A stretch of DNA of 32,523 bases from an uncultured Prolixibacteraceae bacterium (GCA_964442545.1 CAYUAN010000249.1:1-32523); one strand, 5' to 3'; shown: positions 17,374-24,931, counted from the first letter of the stretch. A program made the numbers and translations. The notes: a model not told the origin generated them from the letters alone.

Positions 17374-19040
17374 CGATATCCGAAATGGCAGCCCATATAT
17401 TTCTGTACGATCCGGAGAAGCCGCTGATCTTCACCCGGTTCTACTTTTGGGTGTTTTATGCCATTGTGCTGGCCGGTTATTCGCTGGTTTACAAAAACCG
17501 CAACCGGACCATTCGTGCCGCTTATCTGTTTGCCGTAAGCTTGTTTTTCTACTACAAATCCAGCGGGATGTTTTTCTTTATTCTGCTGTTTTCCACGCTC
17601 ACCGATTTTTATATCGGCAAATGGGTGTATGAGTCGCGAACCGTACTGGCCAAGCGTTTGCTCATCAGTTTGAGCATTACCATAAATCTGTTTTTGCTGG
17701 TATATTTCAAATACACCTATTTCTTTACCGAGAGCATCAATCAAATGTTCGGCACCGATTTTCAGGTGGTGAATTATATGGCTATGTGGGCAAACTCGGC
17801 TACGGGCACGCATTTCGAGGTGGATCAGATTCTGCTGCCGGTGGGTATTTCCTTTTATACCTTCCAAACCATTTCCTATTCCATAGACGTATATCGGGGC
17901 GAGGTGAAGCCTGTAAAAAATCTTATCGACTTCGGCTTTTATGTGAGCTTTTTTCCGCAGTTGGTGGCGGGACCCATTGTGCGCGCGGCACAGTTTATTC
18001 CGCAGATGTACAAGGATTATAAGCTTACCAAAGCCGAATTCGGATTGGCGATTTTCTGGATAATGAAGGGCCTGGTGAAAAAGATATTTATCGGCGATTA
18101 TATTGCCGTAAACTTTGTTGACCGGGTGTTTGATGCACCCTTGCATTATACCGGAGTGGAAAATCTTTTGGCCCTCTTCGGCTATTCCTTGCAGGTGTAT
18201 GTGGACTTTTCCGGTTATACCGATATGGCCATCGGGGTGGCGCTGCTTCTGGGATTCCGCCTGCCCAAAAACTTCGACTCGCCCTACAAAGCCCAAAATG
18301 TGGGTAATTTCTGGAAACGCTGGCATATTTCGTTGTCCACCTGGCTGAAGGATTACCTCTATATTCCCATGGGCGGAAATCGCGGAGGCTCGTTGTTCAG
18401 CTATATCATGCTGACGATTATCCTTCTGTTTATCACTCTTTTGGTGGGAAAATGGTGGGTGTTCCCCGCTTTGGTGAGCACGGGCTTGGTTATCGGTTTT
18501 ATCTCCTGGAAATTCCCCAACTTCAAACGTCAGGTGAACACCAATATCAACCTCATGCTTACGATGCTTCTGGGCGGTTTGTGGCATGGTGCCAGTTGGC
18601 AATTTGTAATTTGGGGCGGACTGAACGGTTTGGGGCTTGTGGTATATAAATTCTGGCGAAAAATCAGTCCTTGGGAAAAATCTACCCATCGCCTGGCGGT
18701 GGTGTGGAAAATCGCGATTACGTTTACCTTTATCACCTTTACGCGGGTATTTTTCCGTTCCGAGAGTATGGAGGTGGTGAACGGAATGTTGCATCAGATT
18801 TTCAGTCCCACGGCACTTTCTTTGATTCCCGAAATACTGGTATCCTACAAATGGCCGCTGCTGGTCATGCTCATTGGATTTGTATTCCACTGGCTGCCTT
18901 ATTCCCTGAAAGACCGCTACCGGAATTGGTATATCCGCCAGCATTTTGTGGCCCAGGCCGCCATATTCGCCCTGGTGGTATTTGTGGTCTATCAGTCCAT
19001 ATCTTCCGATATGCAGGCCTTTATTTACTTCCAGTTTTAA
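17370..19040 (+). CDS. MBOAT-family membrane-bound O-acyltransferase (AlgI/PatA/DltB-like)
   Basis: Polytopic protein of 556 aa with MBOAT signature segments (FWKRWHISLSTWLKDYLYIPMGGNRGG and LLGGLWHGASWQFVIWG, the latter containing the conserved His). There is an ATGA overlap with the upstream gene at 17370-17373. Confidence 0.9.
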   Translation: MTISEMAAHIFLYDPEKPLIFTRFYFWVFYAIVLAGYSLVYKNRNRTIRAAYLFAVSLFFYYKSSGMFFFILLFSTLTDFYIGKWVYESRTVLAKRLLISLSITINLFLLVYFKYTYFFTESINQMFGTDFQVVNYMAMWANSATGTHFEVDQILLPVGISFYTFQTISYSIDVYRGEVKPVKNLIDFGFYVSFFPQLVAGPIVRAAQFIPQMYKDYKLTKAEFGLAIFWIMKGLVKKIFIGDYIAVNFVDRVFDAPLHYTGVENLLALFGYSLQVYVDFSGYTDMAIGVALLLGFRLPKNFDSPYKAQNVGNFWKRWHISLSTWLKDYLYIPMGGNRGGSLFSYIMLTIILLFITLLVGKWWVFPALVSTGLVIGFISWKFPNFKRQVNTNINLMLTMLLGGLWHGASWQFVIWGGLNGLGLVVYKFWRKISPWEKSTHRLAVVWKIAITFTFITFTRVFFRSESMEVVNGMLHQIFSPTALSLIPEILVSYKWPLLVMLIGFVFHWLPYSLKDRYRNWYIRQHFVAQAAIFALVVFVVYQSISSDMQAFIYFQF

Positions 19041-19068
19041 GCCGCGCTTTCTAACGGGTCAATTTAAT

Positions 19069-19076
19069 TATCTTTG
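19069..19076 (+). promoter_or_regulatory. Bacteroidota-type -7 promoter box (TAtcTTTG) for surE
   Basis: Exact TAnnTTTG match, 22 nt upstream of the ATG at 19098. It lies inside the longer ORF-track version of surE, which supports the shorter start. Confidence 0.45.
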
Positions 19077-19097
19077 CAGCCAAACGAGAAAAGAAAT

Positions 19098-19874
19098 ATG
19101 TCAAAACCACTTATATTAGTTACCAATGATGATGGTATAGATGCGCCGGGCTTGCGCAAATTAATCGAACTGATGCGGCAGTTGGGCCGTGTGGTTGTGG
19201 TGGCTCCTCAGGAACCGCAATCGGCTATGAGCCATGCAATAACCATCAAATATCCTTTGATGTACAAAGAAATTGAGCTGTCGGATGATTATAAGGAATA
19301 CAGTTTGAACGGAACACCGGTGGATTGTGTGAAATTCGGCATTCACCGCTTGTTGGACGAAAAGCCCGATTTGGTGGTTTCGGGCATTAATCACGGTTCC
19401 AATGCCTCTGTAAACATCATTTACAGCGGCACGATGGCCGCGGCTTTGGAAGCCGGAATGGGCGGTATTCCCGGTATCGGGTTTTCTATTTTGGATTATA
19501 ATCCGGATGCGGACTTTAGCCAGGCCGAGGACTATATTTTGGCTCTTTCGCGCAAGGTATTGCGTGAGGGTTTGGACGAAGGTCTTGCCTTGAATGTGAA
19601 TTTCCCAAAACCATTGAACGGCAATGCCTATAAAGGAATTAAAGTATGCCGTCAGGCCTCGGCCTATTGGAAGGAGGATTTCGAAGAGCGGATTGATCCG
19701 CGCAACGGGAAGCCCTATTTCTGGTTGACGGGCACCTTCAATCTGCAAGAAGATAACAATACGACCGACGAATGGGCGTTACAGAATTATTATGTTTCCG
19801 TGGTGCCGGTTCAGTTCGATTTCACGGCGCATAAGTTGATTGATAAATTCAAATCCTGGGAGCAAGATGCTTAA
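19098..19874 (+). CDS. surE: 5'/3'-nucleotidase SurE
   Basis: N-terminal ILVTNDDGIDAPGL motif plus GINHGSN and the overall SurE pattern. Confidence 0.9.
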   Translation: MSKPLILVTNDDGIDAPGLRKLIELMRQLGRVVVVAPQEPQSAMSHAITIKYPLMYKEIELSDDYKEYSLNGTPVDCVKFGIHRLLDEKPDLVVSGINHGSNASVNIIYSGTMAAALEAGMGGIPGIGFSILDYNPDADFSQAEDYILALSRKVLREGLDEGLALNVNFPKPLNGNAYKGIKVCRQASAYWKEDFEERIDPRNGKPYFWLTGTFNLQEDNNTTDEWALQNYYVSVVPVQFDFTAHKLIDKFKSWEQDA

Positions 19875-20172
19875 ATTGTTAAAAACCAATTCAGTTTGGT
19901 ACGGAATTGCCATCGGGCTATTGGTACCGGTAATTTTATACTTTTCGCTCAGTTTTATAGTGGAAAAATTAAGCCTGGAATTAACCTTTGGTATTCAGTT
20001 GGTGCAGGAAAAGAATATCGAGCTGGTAAGTATTTTTCTGAACCTCTTTATTATGTATCCTTATCTGCAAAAGCCCGATTATGAGCGAACAGGCAGAGGG
20101 GTGTTGCTGGTTACCTTTATTATGGCCTTACTGCATTTCTTTTTTCGTTATAAATACCTGCTGTTTAACTAA
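19867..20172 (+). CDS. Small hypothetical membrane protein (about 3 TM helices)
   Basis: The ATG at 19867 overlaps the surE stop. The 101-aa product is hydrophobic, and I recognise no family. Confidence 0.5.
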   Translation: MLKLLKTNSVWYGIAIGLLVPVILYFSLSFIVEKLSLELTFGIQLVQEKNIELVSIFLNLFIMYPYLQKPDYERTGRGVLLVTFIMALLHFFFRYKYLLFN

Positions 20173-20181
20173 TTTGCCTAC

Positions 20182-21294
20182 ATGAAGTATTTTATCGTTG
20201 CCGGCGAGCCTTCGGGCGATTTACATGCAGCCAATTTGATTTCGGCCTTAAAGCAGGAAGATGCTACGGCGGAATTCCGTTTTTGGGGCGGCGATAAAAT
20301 GCAGGAAGCGGCCGAAACAGCTCCCCTTAAGCACTATCGTGAGTTGGCCTTTATGGGTTTTGTGGAGGTGGTGCAAAATATTGGAGCCATCATGGGTAAT
20401 TTGAAGCTCTGTAAAAAGCAAATTAAGGAATACCGGCCCGATGTGGTTATTTTGGTGGATTATCCGGGCTTTAACCTGAAAATCGCCAAGGCGGCACATT
20501 ATTACGGCTTCAAAGTTTTCTATTATATTTCTCCGAAAATATGGGCATGGAAACAGCGTCGCGTTCATGATGTGAAGAAATACGTGGACATGATGTTTAC
20601 CATTTTGCCTTTTGAAACCGATTTTTACAAAAAATTCGGCGTAGAGGTGCAGTATATCGGAAACCCCCTGATGGACAGTATTCTGGCCTATAAAGAGGCT
20701 AATGAAGAAAGCAAGGTGCCGAAAGGAAAGCCGGTAATCGCCTTGTTGCCGGGCAGCCGTGCGCAGGAATTGCGCCGTATTTTACCCGATATGCTTTCCA
20801 TCCTGCCCGATTTTCCCGGCTATAGTTTTGTGGTGGCGGCCACCTCTGCCTTAGACCGGGAAGTATATAATGAAATTATAGGAACACGTTCGGTGCATTT
20901 GGTTTTTGATCGTCCGTATGATGTGTTGGAACATGCTGAAGCAGCCTTGGTCACTTCGGGTACGGCGACGCTGGAAACAGCCCTGCTGAATATTCCGCAG
21001 GTGGTCTGCTACAAAGCCAATCAAACCTCTTATAATATCGCCAAACGTGTGGTGCATATTAAATATATTTCGCTGGTAAATCTTGTTTTGGACAGGGAGG
21101 CCGTGCGGGAATTGATTCAAAACGACCTGAATACGGCCAATCTGAAAACGGAACTACACGCTATTGTCAAAGGCGGTAGTAAGCGGGAAAAGATGTTGGA
21201 GGACTATGCGGAACTGCGGAAGCTGATTGGCGGGCCGGGCGCTTCGGAACGTGCGGCCAAACTGATGGTGAAATATTTACGGCCTGCCGAATGA
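20182..21294 (+). CDS. lpxB: Lipid-A-disaccharide synthase
   Basis: N-terminus MKYFIVAGEPSGDLHAANLI and the full-length LpxB pattern (LLPGSR, TSGTATLE). Confidence 0.9.
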   Translation: MKYFIVAGEPSGDLHAANLISALKQEDATAEFRFWGGDKMQEAAETAPLKHYRELAFMGFVEVVQNIGAIMGNLKLCKKQIKEYRPDVVILVDYPGFNLKIAKAAHYYGFKVFYYISPKIWAWKQRRVHDVKKYVDMMFTILPFETDFYKKFGVEVQYIGNPLMDSILAYKEANEESKVPKGKPVIALLPGSRAQELRRILPDMLSILPDFPGYSFVVAATSALDREVYNEIIGTRSVHLVFDRPYDVLEHAEAALVTSGTATLETALLNIPQVVCYKANQTSYNIAKRVVHIKYISLVNLVLDREAVRELIQNDLNTANLKTELHAIVKGGSKREKMLEDYAELRKLIGGPGASERAAKLMVKYLRPAE

Positions 21295-21349
21295 GCTGAC
21301 GTTATGATTTTATGTCCCCTGATTTTGAAGAAATAATTACCCCTAAATA

Positions 21350-21389
21350 TTTGTCCTAAAGGAACTTTAGCAGGCGCCTTTAGGACAAA
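21350..21389. terminator. Bidirectional terminator-like hairpin between convergent lpxB and TonB genes
   Basis: Perfect 13-bp stem (TTTGTCCTAAAGG / CCTTTAGGACAAA) with a 14-nt loop. Confidence 0.55.
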
Positions 21390-21400
21390 CTTTGATTGGA

Positions 21401-22069
21401 TTATTCGATTAAAACATACCGGATGGGTAAGGTATAATAAACCCGTACGGGTTTATTGCGTTGCATGCCGGGTTTCCATTTAGGCATTGCTTTAATGGCG
21501 CGCACGGCCTCTGCATCACATTCTTCGGAGATGCCGCGCTTTACCTCTATATGGGAAATACTGCCGTCTTTTTCCACCACAAAACCGACATATACCGTTC
21601 CTTGAATACCGGTTTCCACCGCCATTCTGGGATATTTTACGGTACTCAGATAGCGCATTAAGGCTTCCTCGCCACCGGGAAATTCAGGCATATTTTCAAT
21701 GGGGACGAAAATAACAGGCTCCACCTCTTCCACAGGCTCATCCTCAATGAGTGCATAGTTTTCCATTGGCTCGTCCGCGCCAATTTCCACATTGATTTCA
21801 ATATCAGGAATGTCGGTTTTATTGGTGACCTCAAATATTGTTACGGGTTTGGGTTTCGGAGGTTTTATTTCCTCGGGCCGCATGGTTTGAACAATCACAT
21901 CGGTTTCTTCTTCCATAGCCATATTGCCGAAATCATAATGCTCAGGGCCCTCATATACGCGGTACTCAAAAGCCATCCAACTTAAGGAAAGACTTACGAC
22001 CAATCCGAACAGGAAGTAGCTTCTGCGCCGGGATTCCAGATTTGCTTTTTTGCTTTTTTTAATTTCCAT
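21401..22069 (-). CDS. Energy transducer TonB-family protein (paralog 1)
   Basis: N-terminal anchor (MEIKKSKKANLESRRRSYFLFGLVVSLSLSWMAFEY), an acidic/Pro linker, and a C-terminal TonB domain (FPGGEEALMRYL...GTVYVGFVVEKDGSI...KPGMQRNKPV). I place the start at the ATG at 22069. Confidence 0.8.
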   Translation of the reverse strand: MEIKKSKKANLESRRRSYFLFGLVVSLSLSWMAFEYRVYEGPEHYDFGNMAMEEETDVIVQTMRPEEIKPPKPKPVTIFEVTNKTDIPDIEINVEIGADEPMENYALIEDEPVEEVEPVIFVPIENMPEFPGGEEALMRYLSTVKYPRMAVETGIQGTVYVGFVVEKDGSISHIEVKRGISEECDAEAVRAIKAMPKWKPGMQRNKPVRVYYTLPIRYVLIE

Positions 22070-22321
22070 AATAAAGTGTTTTACAGGTTTGTAATTTGAT
22101 TTTATCGGGCACATCAAGGCTAAACTTCGGGCATGAAAATTCCATTAAACAGCAAGCTGTTTTTAGTTTAGTGACAAACCGGCCAATTTGAGAATGTGCA
22201 GTCTGTCAGGGAGATTCATAAACTGTGCCAAAAGAAGGGTTAAATCTAATTTTGATGTGTTATTTGTATTTTATGATTGATTGGATCCTTTGTAGCATAT
22301 TATGATTTCTTTGTTTTCGCT

Positions 22322-22422
22322 CTTACTTTTTCTTGCTAAAAAGTAAGTATCCCAACCCATTGGGACAAGGTCAAACAATCTTCCGCCTTCCTCAGCTCAA
22401 ACAGCTTGTTTACAAGCTGAGG
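22322..22422 (+). other. Three consecutive hairpins in the ORF-free island
   Basis: The first hairpin is 22322-22347, a 10-bp stem CTTACTTTTT / AAAAAGTAAG. The second is 22351-22364, CCCAA / TTGGG. The third is 22390-22422, CCTCAGCT / AGCTGAGG with an inner AAACA / TGTTT helix. Confidence 0.5.
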
Positions 22423-22426
22423 GACT

Positions 22427-22660
22427 GCCACATTAGGGATAATGGCGTTAAAAAAAGCGGAGCAAATAATCGTTAAGAAACACATCTTGTTCGACGCTCG
22501 TTAGGCTCCGAAGTTTTGTTGATATAAGAGTAAGTTTTGCATGGAAAGATTTGGGAATGAATAATAAATTGTTTCCTATGCATAGCTTCGGAGACTAAAA
22601 GGAGGAGTTATGTGTTTTAGATTATTGCTTCGGTTTTTAGCCATTATTCCTCAGTGGCGA
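22427..22660 (+). ncRNA. Candidate structured RNA: rod-like imperfect hairpin of about 234 nt (class unknown; strand tentative)
   Basis: In a hand fold, 22427-22485 pairs with 22610-22658 in six helices. Inner helices are 22501-22513/22586-22598, 22539-22547/22572-22581 and 22549-22552/22566-22569, for roughly 65-70 bp in total. Three non-Watson-Crick positions inside helices are G-T on the + strand and none are A-C. There is no credible ORF, and a terminator-like element follows directly. Confidence 0.4.
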
Positions 22661-22667
22661 TTTCCTG

Positions 22668-22698
22668 CCTGTCGGCAGACAGGTTTGTTTCTTTTTTC
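22668..22698 (+). terminator. Terminator-like element after the rod hairpin
   Basis: GC-rich stem CCTGTC-GGCA-GACAGG followed by TTTGTTTCTTTTTTCT. The T tract is also the 5' arm of an AT-rich hairpin at 22683-22718. Confidence 0.4.
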
Positions 22699-22823
22699 TA
22701 AAAAAAGAAAAAACAAACGAACAAATACAATGGCTATTTATTAACTCCGCGCATTAAAATAGGAAATAGTTATAAAATACAAGGGCGGTATTTACAATAA
22801 GTTGCACGGGAATAAAAATTATG

Positions 22824-22831
22824 TACCTTTG
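22824..22831 (+). promoter_or_regulatory. Bacteroidota-type -7 promoter box (TAccTTTG) for rplY-pth
   Basis: Exact TAnnTTTG match, 51 nt upstream of the rplY ATG, with a TTG about 21 nt further upstream. Confidence 0.5.
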
Positions 22832-22881
22832 CACACCCTTTTTGAGGGGGAATATTTATAAATAAATTAAAGAACAAAATT

Positions 22882-23502
22882 ATGAAAACAGTATCTATGA
22901 GCGGTTCTCTTCGCGAGAACGTAGGGAAAAAAGATGCAAAGAAACTGCGCAAGCAGGGCTTGGTACCATCGGTTATTTACGGTGGTAAGGAGCAGGTGCA
23001 CGTGGCTATTCCGGTAGCCGATTTTCGTCATCTGATTTTCAGTCCCGACATTGCGTTTGTAAACATTAATGTGGACGGTAAGGAATACAAAGCAATCTTG
23101 CAGGATATTCAGTATCATCCGGTAACGGATAATATCCTCCATGCCGACTTCCTGGAGTTGGTGGACGGTAAGCCGATTGTAATGGGTGTTCCGGTAAAAA
23201 CTACCGGTGTTGCTCCCGGTGTATTGGCCGGTGGTAAGCTGACCATTAAGATTCGTAAGATGAAAATCAAAGCGCTTCCGGAGCATATGCCTGAGACCAT
23301 CACTATTGATATTTCAGATTTACATATCGGTGGCGGCGTTAAGGTTAAAGAAGTGGAAATCGAAAACGGAACAGCCTTGGATGCGCCGAACGCACAAGTT
23401 GTTTCTGTACGTGTAACACGTGCTGCAATTTCCGCTAAGATGACAGCCGGTGAAGAAGGTGAAGAATCAGAAGAAGCTGCACCTGAAGCTACTGAAGAAT
23501 AG
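22882..23502 (+). CDS. rplY: 50S ribosomal protein L25 / general stress protein Ctc
   Basis: Long-form L25 pattern (RKQGLVPSVIYGG..., HPVTDNILHADF) with an acidic C-terminal tail. The classic rplY-pth pairing is present. Confidence 0.9.
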   Translation: MKTVSMSGSLRENVGKKDAKKLRKQGLVPSVIYGGKEQVHVAIPVADFRHLIFSPDIAFVNINVDGKEYKAILQDIQYHPVTDNILHADFLELVDGKPIVMGVPVKTTGVAPGVLAGGKLTIKIRKMKIKALPEHMPETITIDISDLHIGGGVKVKEVEIENGTALDAPNAQVVSVRVTRAAISAKMTAGEEGEESEEAAPEATEE

Positions 23503-23520
23503 ACTATTCAAATTAAGAAT

Positions 23521-23556
23521 AAAAAAGGTGTGGGCTTTGCGCACACCTTTTTTTTA
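23521..23556 (+). terminator. Hairpin plus T-run between rplY and pth (terminator or attenuator)
   Basis: AGGTGTG / CACACCT stem flanked by an A-run and followed by TTTTTTTT. Confidence 0.6.
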
Positions 23557-23583
23557 TTTTTGAGGCGGTAAAAAACAAGCATT

Positions 23584-24147
23584 ATGAAATATTTGATTTT
23601 CGGTTTGGGTAATGTGGGAAGTGAGTATGAGCACACGCGTCATAACATTGGTTTTGATGTTTTGGACCGTATGGCTCGTGATGCCAAGGCCGAATTTAGC
23701 ATTGAGCGCCATGCCTATCGAGCGGAAATAAAATTCAAAGGCCGAAAATTGGTCTTGTTAAAGCCGACTACCTTTATGAACCTTAGTGGCAAGGCAGTTA
23801 AGTACTGGATGACAACTGAGAAAACCGGCCCGGAAAATATATTGGTGATATTGGACGATTTGGCCCTGCCATTGGGCAAATTACGTATGAAGCTCAAGGG
23901 TGGTGACGGAAATCATAACGGATTGACAAGTATAATTGAGTCGCTCGGACACAGTAATTTCCCGCGTTTGCGTTTTGGTATCGGAAATGATTTCCGGCGC
24001 GGGTATCAAAGTGATTTCGTTTTGGGGAAATGGCGCCCCGAAGAAGAGGCAATTATTGATGAACGTATCGATATGGCCATCGAGATGATTAAAAGTTTTG
24101 TGACCATTGGCGCTCAACGAACGATGACGGCATTCAATAATAAATAA
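23584..24147 (+). CDS. pth: Peptidyl-tRNA hydrolase
   Basis: LIFGLGNVGSEYEHTRHNIGF N-terminus, FMNLSG, HNGL and the overall Pth pattern. Confidence 0.95.
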   Translation: MKYLIFGLGNVGSEYEHTRHNIGFDVLDRMARDAKAEFSIERHAYRAEIKFKGRKLVLLKPTTFMNLSGKAVKYWMTTEKTGPENILVILDDLALPLGKLRMKLKGGDGNHNGLTSIIESLGHSNFPRLRFGIGNDFRRGYQSDFVLGKWRPEEEAIIDERIDMAIEMIKSFVTIGAQRTMTAFNNK

Positions 24148-24203
24148 AATCGCCAATAAATTTTATTGATAGGGGATTTTGTGTAACAATATTCGGTATA
24201 AAC

Positions 24204-24237
24204 AAAAAAGGAGTATCATCTGATACTCCTTTTTTTT
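24204..24237. terminator. Bidirectional intrinsic terminator between convergent pth and TonB paralog 2
   Basis: GGAGTATCA / TGATACTCC stem flanked by AAAAAA on the left and TTTTTTTT on the right. Confidence 0.7.
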
Positions 24238-24253
24238 ATTCTTTTTCGGGTTA

Positions 24254-24931
24254 TTAGCCTGCCAAAACGAAACGAATCGGCATGTTAAACTGGGCACGAA
24301 CAGCACGTCCCCTTTGCTTACCCGGTTTCCAACGCGGCATGTTTTTAATAATCCGCACAGCTTCCTCGTCACAACCTCCGCCGATTCCACGAAGTACCTT
24401 TACGTTGGTAATTCTACCGTCTTTTTCTACTACGAATGTTACGTAAACCGTACCCTGGATGCCGGACTCTTTAGCCATTTCAGGATATTTAATATTTTCC
24501 TGTAAATATTTGATACGGGCTTCATCTCCACCGGGGAATGAAGGTTGATCTTCAACAAATACGAAGATTTCATCTTCTTTTTCCTCTTCGGGCTCTTCCT
24601 CAACAATGGCTTGCTCTTCGATTTCTTCCTCGTTATCCGTCTCGGCATCAATCTCGATATCGTCCACTTCCACATCATCTTCTACCACTTCGATAACGGT
24701 AGTTTGTTGTGGTGGCGGTGGTGGCGGTGGTGGCTCATTACGCTGAGTTTGCAGAATGATATCCTCCTCATCCTCAATCATCGTATTCTGCATCAGCTGA
24801 ACCTCTTCACGATCGTATGTTTTGTGCTCAAAAGCAAACCACACCAAGGAAAGGGTGATCACCAATCCGATAAGAATAAATGTATTCCGGTGTTTCTCCA
24901 GATCTGCTCTGTCTGTCTTTTTTACTTCCAT
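24254..24931 (-). CDS. Energy transducer TonB-family protein (paralog 2)
   Basis: Same architecture as paralog 1: MEVKKTDRADLEKHRNTFILIGLVITLSLVWFAFEH, a 9-Pro run, an acidic linker and a C-terminal TonB domain. Confidence 0.8.
   Translation of the reverse strand: MEVKKTDRADLEKHRNTFILIGLVITLSLVWFAFEHKTYDREEVQLMQNTMIEDEEDIILQTQRNEPPPPPPPPQQTTVIEVVEDDVEVDDIEIDAETDNEEEIEEQAIVEEEPEEEKEDEIFVFVEDQPSFPGGDEARIKYLQENIKYPEMAKESGIQGTVYVTFVVEKDGRITNVKVLRGIGGGCDEEAVRIIKNMPRWKPGKQRGRAVRAQFNMPIRFVLAG

Noticed and set aside
17301-18944. 547-aa ORF on the minus strand, one of the longest ORFs in the track
   Set aside because: It lies entirely antisense to the MBOAT gene, whose product has unmistakable family motifs. 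Its own translation is low-complexity (rich in H, Q, R, G, I) with no recognisable domain. It looks like a typical shadow ORF caused by the codon bias of the real gene.
22427-22660. Checked whether the structured element could be a tRNA, tmRNA, RNase P RNA or SRP RNA
   Set aside because: There is no cloverleaf and no GGTTCGAATCC-type T-loop, although a GTTCGA is present (22489-22494). The RNase P GAGGAAAGTCC core, the tmRNA tag and 3' end features, and the SRP domain IV motif are all absent. The fold is a single long rod.
22610-22744. 44-codon ORF (MCFRLLLRFLAIIPQWRF...) preceded by a strong AGGAGG at 22600-22605 inside the rod hairpin. I considered it as a type I toxin-like peptide whose ribosome-binding site is occluded by mRNA structure.
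   Set aside because: The peptide has no clean transmembrane helix. The ORF reads straight through the terminator-like hairpin and T tract at 22668-22698. Shine-Dalgarno use is uncommon in this lineage. I keep it only as a remote alternative to test by ribosome profiling.
24711-24734. Tandem GGTGGCGGT repeat (about 2.7 copies), considered as a possible slippage or phase-variation tract
   Set aside because: It is in frame and simply encodes the poly-proline spacer of TonB paralog 2. The unit length is a multiple of three, so slippage would change linker length but would not switch the gene off.
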